From Bacteroidales bacterium (lineage in GTDB: Bacteria; Bacteroidota; Bacteroidia; Bacteroidales; WCHB1-69), in NCBI GenBank assembly GCA_031266895.1, contig JAISAD010000162.1, positions 1 through 42,748 of the forward strand: 42,748 bases of DNA, given 5' to 3'. The first letter of the stretch is position 1, and each line of letters opens with the position of its first letter. The notes under the pieces were generated by a model. It saw nothing but the letters and a program-made list of their open reading frames with translations. It searched no databases and had not been told where the DNA came from. Positions 26,259-34,058 of this stretch are shown here, piece by piece. Both the position numbers and the translations under genes were made by a program.

Positions 26259-26984
26259 ATGCAAGAAGTTATTACCCGCATTAATTTGCAGCATTTAAAA
26301 AACGAAACCCACGTTCAGTTTAACGAAAGCGCAAACGCGCTCTTTGTAAAGTACAACCCTCAGACTTTGGGCATTGCGCCTTTGCATGCGCTGTTTAAGA
26401 CGGCGTTTGACAGGGAGATTGCGGCGCTCGACTTTATGCGCAAGAGCGAAATCACGGCACAGATTTTCGAGCAGGACAGGGTGCGAGACGCTGTCTTTCG
26501 CGGCTTTTCGGACACGGTGAAGGGCGCAATCCGCCATTTTGATCCCGCCTGGAGCGAAGCGGCTGAGCGCCTCCACAACCTCTTCAGGCACTATGGAAAT
26601 ATTGCCCAAAAGACTTTCGATGATGAGACGGCGGCCATCAACGACCTGCTACGCGAGCTGCAGGAGAAAAGTTTTGCCACTGCGATTACCCTGCTGGGCT
26701 TGACCCCCTGGCAGGAAAAGCTCCGGGAAGAAAACGACCGCTTTGCGCAGCTGATGATGGACAGATACAGGGAAACCGCCCAGAAAACACCCTATCGCAT
26801 GACGGCTGCGCGCCGCGATACCGACAAATACTATCACGCCATAATAGGTCAGCTGGAAAATATCTCTCTTGCCGCTACTGCCGACATTAGCGAGCTGGTT
26901 AGGGAGCTGAACGCCGTTACCGACCGCTTTAAAAGCATACTGGCCCAGGAGCGCGGAGAGCGGAAAAGGAAATCTGAAAATTAA
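26259..26984 (+). CDS. Alpha-helical hypothetical protein (241 aa), first gene of the dockerin-protease / cohesin-scaffold operon
   Basis: The first in-frame ATG is at 26259 (MQEVITRINLQHLKNETHVQFNESANALF...). The track ORF starts at a TTG at 26034 inside the repeat array. There is no signal peptide, and the tail is charged (ERGERKRKSEN). It ends 7 nt before the S8 gene. Confidence 0.6.
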   Translation: MQEVITRINLQHLKNETHVQFNESANALFVKYNPQTLGIAPLHALFKTAFDREIAALDFMRKSEITAQIFEQDRVRDAVFRGFSDTVKGAIRHFDPAWSEAAERLHNLFRHYGNIAQKTFDDETAAINDLLRELQEKSFATAITLLGLTPWQEKLREENDRFAQLMMDRYRETAQKTPYRMTAARRDTDKYYHAIIGQLENISLAATADISELVRELNAVTDRFKSILAQERGERKRKSEN

Positions 26985-26991
26985 AAGCAAA

Positions 26992-29900
26992 ATGAAGAAT
27001 AGTTATTGTATTTTTTGGCTCTCCTTAATAGGATTGAGCATAAGCGGAGGGCTAAACGCCCAGGATCGCAACAACCAGCATGAGGTGGTGCAGTTAGACC
27101 CGCAAATAAGCCACGCCGGCAGCGTGGCCAACGAAGTGCTGGTAAAGTTTAAAGCCGGCACAGCGGCGCAAATGCAGCAGATTGCCCCCAAAAGAATGCA
27201 GGCCGGCCTCAGCGCTGTGGATGCGGTACTGTCGCACTACGATATTGAAGTGGCCGAGCAGTTGCTCCCCAACGACAACCCCGGCCGTATGCTCAAAAGC
27301 ACGAAAGCCTACAGCGGAAACGATGTGGTGGAAACCTCTCTTAACCAGCTCTATCGGTTACAAGTAGCCGCCACCAGCGCCAAAAGCAGTTTTGAGCTGA
27401 TTGAGGAGCTAAAGGCCTTGCCGGAAGTGGAATTTGCCGAGCCGAACTACATAGTGTCGGCATTAGGAAGGGATTGCCTCGGTAGGGGTGCCGTCGAAGC
27501 AAACTCCACCACAACTGTCGAAGCAAACGATCCCCTCTACCCCCAGCAATGGGGCATCCCTGCGGTGGCACTTGACGCGCTTTACACCAAGCCTGTGCTG
27601 CCGAATGCCCCAAGGAAAGTGATTGCCATTCTCGATACCGGCGTTGACCCCGAACATCCCGACCTTGCGGCCAATATCTGGACAAACCCCGGTGAGCAGG
27701 GCGGAGCAGTCAACTACGATAACGACGGCAACGGCTTTAAAAACGACCTGCACGGCTGGGATTTTGTAAACAAAACCGCCACCGTAAACGACTTTAACAG
27801 CCACGGCACCCACTGCGCCGGTATTGCCGCCGCGGTAGCCGACAACAGTATCGGCATTGCGGGAGCAAATCCCAATGCGCTGATTATGCCCCTTGCCGTG
27901 CTGCAAAGCAACGGACAGGGCGATGTGGCCACCATAATTCAGGGCATTAACTATGCCAAAAATAACGGCGCCGATATTATTTCGATGTCTTTCGGCACCT
28001 ACGCCCACTCTATTGCCCTCGAGCAGGCTTTGGCTCAGGCTTACCAGAATTGCGTACTGGTGGCTGCGGCAGGGAATGATGCTTTGGGAATATACCCTTT
28101 ATGCGGCCTGCCAACATATCGACCTATGTTTCCTGCGGCTTATACTTTTGTGCTGGGAGTACAGGCATCGCAGCAAAATGACGCCATGTCAGTTTTTTCC
28201 AATTTTGACTGCGATGGGGCAACCTTTTCGCAGACTTCCGAAGAACAGCAATACAATTATGAATTAATGGCGCCCGGTACAGGAATTATTTCTACTGTAC
28301 CCAATGGACAATACCGCAGTTATAACGGCACTTCTATGGCTTGCCCATTGGTAGCAGGCGGTATTTCGGCTTTGCTCGACAGGAAAAACTTTGTTTCACA
28401 GGAAGAGTTGTGGGCTAATTTGATACAATCGTCAAACAGCAATGGTATTGTAGATTTTAACGCCGCCTGTAGCTTTGTACTGCAGCCGCAACTCCATATT
28501 ATTGCCATAGAAACCAACGACACCCTTAATGGAGACGGCGATATGCGAGCAGATGCGGGCGAACTGCTGCAAATTTACCCCACTTTAAAAAATACGGGCG
28601 GAGTAACAGGCGGGGAAAACGATACCATTTATTACAAGCTCGAATTTGCCGAATTTGAAGATGCTAATACGGCCACTATTTTAAACGGCGATACTAAATT
28701 TGGTTATATACTTTCTGCCTATTCCAAAATGAAAGCCGCCAATCCCATTAACCTGCAAATTAGCCCGGATGTAGTGGACGGCAGAGTTATAAAATTTGTA
28801 CTTACTGCTTGGCGCGGCAATCATTTAGGCGAAGTAAGCCAGGAATTTCAGGTTTATGTAGAAAACGGCGTGGAATTAAGCGGGATGCTGATGCACAACG
28901 ATACGCTGACTGCCGACAAGCATTATATTGTTACCGATAATTTCGCTATTCCCGAAGGAGTTACATTGGTTATAAAACCAGGAACAGTGCTGAAATTTAA
29001 AGATAATGTTAGAATGTCAAGTGCAGGACAAATAAAGGCAGTTGGAACTCCCGACAGTTTAATTTATTTTACAAAAACAGATTTAGGAAATGGTTGGGGT
29101 AATATATGGTTTAGTAATTATAGTTATACAGATAGTCTCAAATATTGTGTGATTGAATATGTCAACAATCAAACAAACAATCAAATGACTTACAATATGT
29201 CAGATATTATTTTTAGAAATAATACTATGAATTTTAGTACTATGAATATTTTTAATAGCAATATTAGTAATAATAGATGTTGGGTGATTAATAGCACGAA
29301 TTTTGAACATTGTAACATAGTTAATAATGATGCCTATCGGGGTGAGTATGGAGTATCATATGATATTAAATATTTTAGAGAAAACAATATTTTTTCTAAT
29401 TCCCTTTATAGTATACATTTAGTCGATGCAACTCCTGCTATTTATTATCAATCGCGACCTTCATATCACGGTTCTTCCGTAGAAACTATCGCCCGAAAAG
29501 GCATATTTGATTTTTATACTCCAAATAGTGGCATTTTCGGCGTTTATGATTTATCCAATATGCTTATCCGCCCCTATGCCCAAGCCCACGGCATTGTCTG
29601 GAAAGTAGTAGTAAATGGCTACGATGCGCAGGACGAATTTGATATGCTGCCTCCGCTGGGCGTAGGCACGCACGAGTTTAAGGTCTATTTTAACCGTGCC
29701 ATGGATACGCTCGTTGCGCCCATGGTGGCTATGGGCGTTCGCCCGCCCTATACGCAAAATGCCATAGCTGAAAACGGCCACTGGATAGTAGAAGACGACA
29801 GCACCTATATCTATGTCGCCAATTTTACCGTAAAGGCAGCCAGCACCACAGACGGTTTAAACCGGATTTATGTAGCCAATGCCCAGGATAATGAGCATTT

Positions 29901-31077
29901 TGAAATACCTTACGAAAATCAGCGCTTTAACGCTATAGTGCAGGCAGCCGGCAGCATGAGCAACGGCTTTATGGCCACCCCTGCCATGGGCAAAATCAAC
30001 CTGGAATGGGAAAAGCCCGAAGGCTACTTTGACGACCTGCTCGGCTATAACATGTACCGCTATGTTTGGGTAACCGACAGCACCACCAGCGATACGCTGA
30101 TGATAAACACTTCGCTGCTTAGCGACACGCTCTACACCGACTTTGACGTAATGCCGGGCAAAACCTACGGCTATATGTACAAAGTAATGCGTACCGACCT
30201 TGCCATGAACGACTACTCCAAAACTGTCTCTGCCTCTCCGCTCACCGCCGCCAAGGGAGATGCCAATGGCAGCTTGAGCATTGATGTGGCCGACATTGTC
30301 TCTACCGTATCGCATATCACAGGCGGCAACCCTCAACCCTTTATCTTCGAGGCGGCAGATGTTAATTCCGATGGGGTAGTCAATGTACTTGATATTGTAG
30401 CTATTGTCAATCTGATTTTGAATCCGCAGCCAGCTCCGCAAGGCGTAGGCATTGCCTCCACCGCCACTTACAGCATCGAAAGCGACACCCTGTTTATAGA
30501 AAGTCCGGCAACCCTGGGCGGCGTGCAGTTTAAAATCCATGCCGACAAAAATGCGGCAGCCATTCGCCCACTGGCGGCATTAAGCGGCTTTGAAAATGTA
30601 AGCCAGTGGCTCGACGACACCACCTACCTGTTGCTTGCCTTCAGCATGACCGGCAACGAAATCCCCGCAGGCCGAAACGCCCTGCTGCAGCTTGGCGAGG
30701 GCTCGGAACTGGCGGAAATTATCGCCTGCAACCCGCAGGGCGACAATATTCCTATAGTAAACGCCCCCACCGGTATTCCCACGATTGAAACGGTAACGAT
30801 AGCACACAACTGCGCCCTGAAAGTTTATCCCAATCCGTTCCGCTCGGCGCTGCACGTGCAGGTAACCACCCTTTTCAACACCAGCGCAAAGCTTGATCTG
30901 GAATTTACCGACCTTGCGGGAAGACAGCTGCACAAAGTCCGTGCGTTAGCCCCTGCCAACGGCGTTTACGAATACATCTGGAATGCTGCCGGCTTGCCCA
31001 AAGGCCTCTATTTCTGCACGCTGAAGGTAAATAATGAGGCAGTGAAAACCGAAAAAGTAATTTTTGCAGGAGAATAA
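26992..31077 (+). CDS. Multidomain S8 subtilase. Order of parts: signal peptide, I9-like propeptide, S8 catalytic domain, beta-helix-like Asn-rich module, FN3-like module, dockerin-like module, short cohesin-like segment, T9SS C-terminal domain.
   Basis: 1361 aa with a canonical triad: VIAILDTGVDPEHPDL, HGTHCAGIAAAVA and NGTSMACPLVAGGISAL. The dockerin-like pair is GDANGSLSIDVADIV...ADVNSDGVVNVLDIVAIVNLIL. The C-terminus LKVYPNPFRSALHVQV...GLYFCTLKVNNEAVKTEKVIFAG is a T9SS tail. Confidence 0.88.
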   Translation: MKNSYCIFWLSLIGLSISGGLNAQDRNNQHEVVQLDPQISHAGSVANEVLVKFKAGTAAQMQQIAPKRMQAGLSAVDAVLSHYDIEVAEQLLPNDNPGRMLKSTKAYSGNDVVETSLNQLYRLQVAATSAKSSFELIEELKALPEVEFAEPNYIVSALGRDCLGRGAVEANSTTTVEANDPLYPQQWGIPAVALDALYTKPVLPNAPRKVIAILDTGVDPEHPDLAANIWTNPGEQGGAVNYDNDGNGFKNDLHGWDFVNKTATVNDFNSHGTHCAGIAAAVADNSIGIAGANPNALIMPLAVLQSNGQGDVATIIQGINYAKNNGADIISMSFGTYAHSIALEQALAQAYQNCVLVAAAGNDALGIYPLCGLPTYRPMFPAAYTFVLGVQASQQNDAMSVFSNFDCDGATFSQTSEEQQYNYELMAPGTGIISTVPNGQYRSYNGTSMACPLVAGGISALLDRKNFVSQEELWANLIQSSNSNGIVDFNAACSFVLQPQLHIIAIETNDTLNGDGDMRADAGELLQIYPTLKNTGGVTGGENDTIYYKLEFAEFEDANTATILNGDTKFGYILSAYSKMKAANPINLQISPDVVDGRVIKFVLTAWRGNHLGEVSQEFQVYVENGVELSGMLMHNDTLTADKHYIVTDNFAIPEGVTLVIKPGTVLKFKDNVRMSSAGQIKAVGTPDSLIYFTKTDLGNGWGNIWFSNYSYTDSLKYCVIEYVNNQTNNQMTYNMSDIIFRNNTMNFSTMNIFNSNISNNRCWVINSTNFEHCNIVNNDAYRGEYGVSYDIKYFRENNIFSNSLYSIHLVDATPAIYYQSRPSYHGSSVETIARKGIFDFYTPNSGIFGVYDLSNMLIRPYAQAHGIVWKVVVNGYDAQDEFDMLPPLGVGTHEFKVYFNRAMDTLVAPMVAMGVRPPYTQNAIAENGHWIVEDDSTYIYVANFTVKAASTTDGLNRIYVANAQDNEHFEIPYENQRFNAIVQAAGSMSNGFMATPAMGKINLEWEKPEGYFDDLLGYNMYRYVWVTDSTTSDTLMINTSLLSDTLYTDFDVMPGKTYGYMYKVMRTDLAMNDYSKTVSASPLTAAKGDANGSLSIDVADIVSTVSHITGGNPQPFIFEAADVNSDGVVNVLDIVAIVNLILNPQPAPQGVGIASTATYSIESDTLFIESPATLGGVQFKIHADKNAAAIRPLAALSGFENVSQWLDDTTYLLLAFSMTGNEIPAGRNALLQLGEGSELAEIIACNPQGDNIPIVNAPTGIPTIETVTIAHNCALKVYPNPFRSALHVQVTTLFNTSAKLDLEFTDLAGRQLHKVRALAPANGVYEYIWNAAGLPKGLYFCTLKVNNEAVKTEKVIFAGE
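30256..30420 (+). other. Dockerin-like module (two Ca-binding F-hand-like segments) inside the S8 protease
   Basis: GDANGSLSIDVADIVSTVSHITGG-NPQPFIFEA-ADVNSDGVVNVLDIVAIVNLIL. Compare the dockerin consensus GDvNgDG.vn..D...l.+.il......(link)...aDvN.DG.in..D...l.+.il. Confidence 0.65.
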
Positions 31078-31084
31078 AAACCGA

Positions 31085-34051
31085 ATGAAAAGATACATAA
31101 TAGCTTCATTTATACTGCTGCTGTCCGGTTTTGTGGTTGCTCAAAACACCATGCAAATCGGCTCGTATCAAACTCCGCCCGATACAGAACTTGAAATTGC
31201 GCTTGAAATCTCCAACACGGCGTACTTTACAGCGTTTCAGGCAGACATTCCAATTCCTGCGGGCTTTTCCTACGTGGTTGGTTCGGCTGTGCTTAATACA
31301 AGCCGCGCCGGCGGACACCAGTTTTCTGCCGCTATGGTGCAGGCAGGCCTTTTGCGCCTGATAGCCTATGCTGCAGACAACAGCGCATTTAACGGCAATT
31401 CGGGCGCGGTGGCGACTTTCCACTTGAAATCGGCAGCCTCTGCGGGCAATTTTGCCTTGCAGATTCAAAATGCCACAATTGGAAACAGCAGCGGAGAAAA
31501 TGTGCTCACAGGTGTGCAGGCAGGCAATGTTACAGTTGTGTCGCCTGAAATTGCACTGTCGGGCACATCGCTCAATTATGGCCGCACAGCCTTGCAAAGT
31601 TCGCCCACCCGCACTTTTGTAATTCAGAATACCGGCAATGCGTCGTTAACCGTCAACAGCTTCAATTTCAGCAGTGCGGAGTTTTCCACTAATGAGACTT
31701 TGCCGTTCAGCATTGCGGCAAACACAGGTAAAACCGTTCCCATAACTTTTGCGCCCCTGACTAAGGGAGCAAAAAATGCGCAGCTGATTATCGGGAGCAG
31801 CGATTACGACGAACCGACTGTAACGGTCGGATTTCAGGCCATTGCCTACGCTGTGAACGAATTGCACACAGGCAACGCGAGCGGCGCGTCGGAGAGCGTG
31901 CAGACTCTGGAGTTTTCTATTAATAACATGGAAGCTTTTACAGGCTTTCAATTTGACTTGAAACTGCCCGCTGCGCTGACTTATGCAGCCGGTTCGGCAA
32001 TGCTTTTTCGTGCTGACGGACATTCGGTATCGGTAAATCAGTTTAACGACACCTTGCGTGTGGTGGCTTTTTCGTTTGCTAACCATAATTTTACAGGCAG
32101 CAGCGGAAAAGTGCTGAGCTTAAATTTTGCACTTAACGGCATTGCCGGCAACTATCCGCTGGCGATTTCAAATGTAATTATGGTGAACAGTCAGAGTGAA
32201 AATATTTTGTCTGACAAATACAACGGCACGCTGCATATTACCTCGCCCGACATCGCCGCTGCCATAAGCTTGAATTTCGGTGAAGTTTCCATTCTGGAAA
32301 CAAAGGAGATGATGCACCGCATTCATAATTACGGACAGGAGCCGCTGATTCTAAATCAGCTGCAATTTTCAAATTCTTGCTTTTCGAGTCCGCAAACCTT
32401 GCCGCTAACCATTCCGGCAGGCGGCTATTTTGATTTGCCTGTGCGGTTTCAGCAGGCGGCAAAAGGCGTAGCTAGCGGCGTGCTCAAAATTTTCGGAAAC
32501 GACCCTGACGAAAACCCGTTTGAAATCACATTGTCGGGAAATGCTTACATGCCTAACCGGTTGAAAATAGTTTCCGATACTGTCAGCGCAAGCGAGGCCG
32601 CCATTGAAATAGAGATTGAAAATTACGAAGACTTTGTCGCCTTTCAGTTTGATTTAAATTTTCCTGTGGACGTTACACCCAATTTGGAAAATATAGCTTT
32701 AACCGGCCGCAAGCAAAATCACGGCATTTCGGCAAGCTCCATTTCTGAAGATACGGTTCGAATAGTGGTATTCAGCGTAACGCAGCAAAATTTTCTGGGA
32801 AATTCGGGCACAGTGGTCAGGATCCCGTTTACTGCCCGCTGCGGAAATTACAGCTTTTCACTCGGTAATGCCCTGGTTAGCAATGCGCAGTCTGAAAATA
32901 TTTTGCGAAGCACGGAAAGCGGCGCAGTAGAAATCTATCTGGATACGATAAGGATTAACGAAGCAATCTGTCAGGGTGAAGCGTATAGCTTTTTCGGACA
33001 AATGCTAACAACAGCAGGAGACTATGCCCACACTTTGCCATCCACCAGCGGTTGTGACAGCGTAGTAACCCTGCACCTAATCGTTAATCAGTCCGTTACT
33101 AACAGTTTCTCCGCCTCTTCCTGCCTGTCTTATGCATGGAACGGCCAAACCTATATGCAAAGCGGCGACTATCAGCAAACTTTCACAGCCGCCAGCGGCT
33201 GCGACAGCGTAGTCACCTTGCACTTAATTATTAGCCAGTCCGTTACTAACAGTTTCTCCGCCTCTTCCTGCCTGTCTTATGCATGGAACGGCCAAACCTA
33301 TACGCAGAGCGGCGACTATCAGCAAACTTTCACCGCTGTCAGCGGCTGCGACAGCGTAGTAACTCTGCACTTAATCGTTAATCAGCCCGTTGCTAACAGT
33401 TTCTCCGCCTCTTCCTGCCTGTCTTATGCATGGAACGGCCAAACCTATATGCAAAGTGGCGACTATCAGCAAACTTTCACTGCTGCCAGCGGCTGTGACA
33501 GCGTGGTAACGCTTAGCCTGACAATTGCTCCTGCTCCCGATATGCCCGAAGCCATAGCAGGAGAAACAGCTATCACCCAAAGCAATAGTTACAGTTACAG
33601 TATTTCACCGGTGGCTAATGCTTCCTGCTATACTTGGACTGTTAGCAATCCTGCATGGGAGCTTGTTTCCGACTGTGATATTTATGCCACGCTCCATATC
33701 ACCTCCTCAGGAAGCGGAATATTAAGCGTAGCAGCTATTAACGACTGCGACACTTCCGAAGCAAGCATGCTCGAAATCACCTCTTCTGTAGGCATTACAT
33801 TGCTGAACAGCAACACTTCCATTAAGATTTATCCCAATCCGGCACAAACGCACATCGACCTTGTTTTGCCTGAAGATGCACAGCAGGGGGAATTTGCATT
33901 ATACGATGCTCAGGGCAAACTCTTAATGAAGCGAAATATTAAAAACGAGAGCCGTATTGACATTCGGCATCTCGTTCCAGGCATGTATATGTATCAAATT
34001 GATACAAAAGGAAAAGTATTCCCGGGAAAATTACTGATAGATACCCGGTAA
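31085..34051 (+). CDS. Scaffold-like T9SS surface protein. Order of parts: signal peptide, cohesin-like 1, ASPM/HYDIN-type (choice-of-anchor-D-like) Ig module, cohesin-like 2, second Ig module, cohesin-like 3, four GCDS repeats, PKD-like module, T9SS C-terminal domain.
   Basis: The preferred ATG is at 31085 (MKRYIIASFILLLSGFVVAQ), 8 nt after the protease stop. Three modules of about 130 aa each carry F.(A/G)FQ.D(I/L)..P, then .(L/V)R(L/I/V)(I/V)A(Y/F)(A/S), then GNSG.V....(F/L), then Y.(L/F).(I/L), then ..N(S/A)(S/Q)(G/S)EN(V/I)L. The intervening modules have the pattern S(L)NFG.V......F.I.N.G...L. The C-terminus IKIYPNPAQTHIDLVL...GMYMYQIDTKGKVFPGKLLI is a T9SS tail. Confidence 0.8.
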   Translation: MKRYIIASFILLLSGFVVAQNTMQIGSYQTPPDTELEIALEISNTAYFTAFQADIPIPAGFSYVVGSAVLNTSRAGGHQFSAAMVQAGLLRLIAYAADNSAFNGNSGAVATFHLKSAASAGNFALQIQNATIGNSSGENVLTGVQAGNVTVVSPEIALSGTSLNYGRTALQSSPTRTFVIQNTGNASLTVNSFNFSSAEFSTNETLPFSIAANTGKTVPITFAPLTKGAKNAQLIIGSSDYDEPTVTVGFQAIAYAVNELHTGNASGASESVQTLEFSINNMEAFTGFQFDLKLPAALTYAAGSAMLFRADGHSVSVNQFNDTLRVVAFSFANHNFTGSSGKVLSLNFALNGIAGNYPLAISNVIMVNSQSENILSDKYNGTLHITSPDIAAAISLNFGEVSILETKEMMHRIHNYGQEPLILNQLQFSNSCFSSPQTLPLTIPAGGYFDLPVRFQQAAKGVASGVLKIFGNDPDENPFEITLSGNAYMPNRLKIVSDTVSASEAAIEIEIENYEDFVAFQFDLNFPVDVTPNLENIALTGRKQNHGISASSISEDTVRIVVFSVTQQNFLGNSGTVVRIPFTARCGNYSFSLGNALVSNAQSENILRSTESGAVEIYLDTIRINEAICQGEAYSFFGQMLTTAGDYAHTLPSTSGCDSVVTLHLIVNQSVTNSFSASSCLSYAWNGQTYMQSGDYQQTFTAASGCDSVVTLHLIISQSVTNSFSASSCLSYAWNGQTYTQSGDYQQTFTAVSGCDSVVTLHLIVNQPVANSFSASSCLSYAWNGQTYMQSGDYQQTFTAASGCDSVVTLSLTIAPAPDMPEAIAGETAITQSNSYSYSISPVANASCYTWTVSNPAWELVSDCDIYATLHITSSGSGILSVAAINDCDTSEASMLEITSSVGITLLNSNTSIKIYPNPAQTHIDLVLPEDAQQGEFALYDAQGKLLMKRNIKNESRIDIRHLVPGMYMYQIDTKGKVFPGKLLIDTR
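31145..31543 (+). other. Cohesin-like module 1
   Basis: NTMQIGSYQTPPDTELEIALEISNTAYFTAFQADIPIPAGFSYV...LLRLIAYAADNSAFNGNSGAVATFHLKSAASAGNFALQIQNATIGNSSGENVL. Confidence 0.55.
31847..32245 (+). other. Cohesin-like module 2
   Basis: ...VQTLEFSINNMEAFTGFQFDLKLPAALTYA...TLRVVAFSFANHNFTGSSGKVLSLNFALNGIAGNYPLAISNVIMVNSQSENIL. Confidence 0.55.
32558..32938 (+). other. Cohesin-like module 3
   Basis: ...AAIEIEIENYEDFVAFQFDLNFPVDVTP...TVRIVVFSVTQQNFLGNSGTVVRIPFTARCGNYSFSLGNALVSNAQSENIL. Confidence 0.55.
33047..33520 (+). repeat. 147-bp (49-aa) tandem repeat with three near-identical units plus a partial one, encoding GCDS modules
   Basis: AGCGG(C/T)TG(C/T)GACAGCGT recurs at 33047, 33194, 33341 and 33488. 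The encoded unit is SGCDSVVTLHLI(V/I)(N/S)Q(S/P)V(T/A)NSFSASSCLSYAWNGQTY(M/T)QSGDYQQTFTA(A/V). Confidence 0.9.
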
Positions 34052-34058
34052 CATCCGG

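Noticed and set aside
25926-26294. A 122-aa minus-strand ORF with 14-aa repeats (MNESARAKSFVRKV x4). Two plus-strand ORFs (25951-26244, and 26034 onward as an N-terminal extension of the 26259 gene) also cross the 42-bp array.
   Set aside because: All three open frames follow simply from a 42-bp (14-codon) unit that happens to lack stops. The minus ORF would overlap the ATG region of the 26259 gene and has no promoter box. The plus extension needs a TTG start inside the array. I treat the array as non-coding, but proteomics could overturn this.
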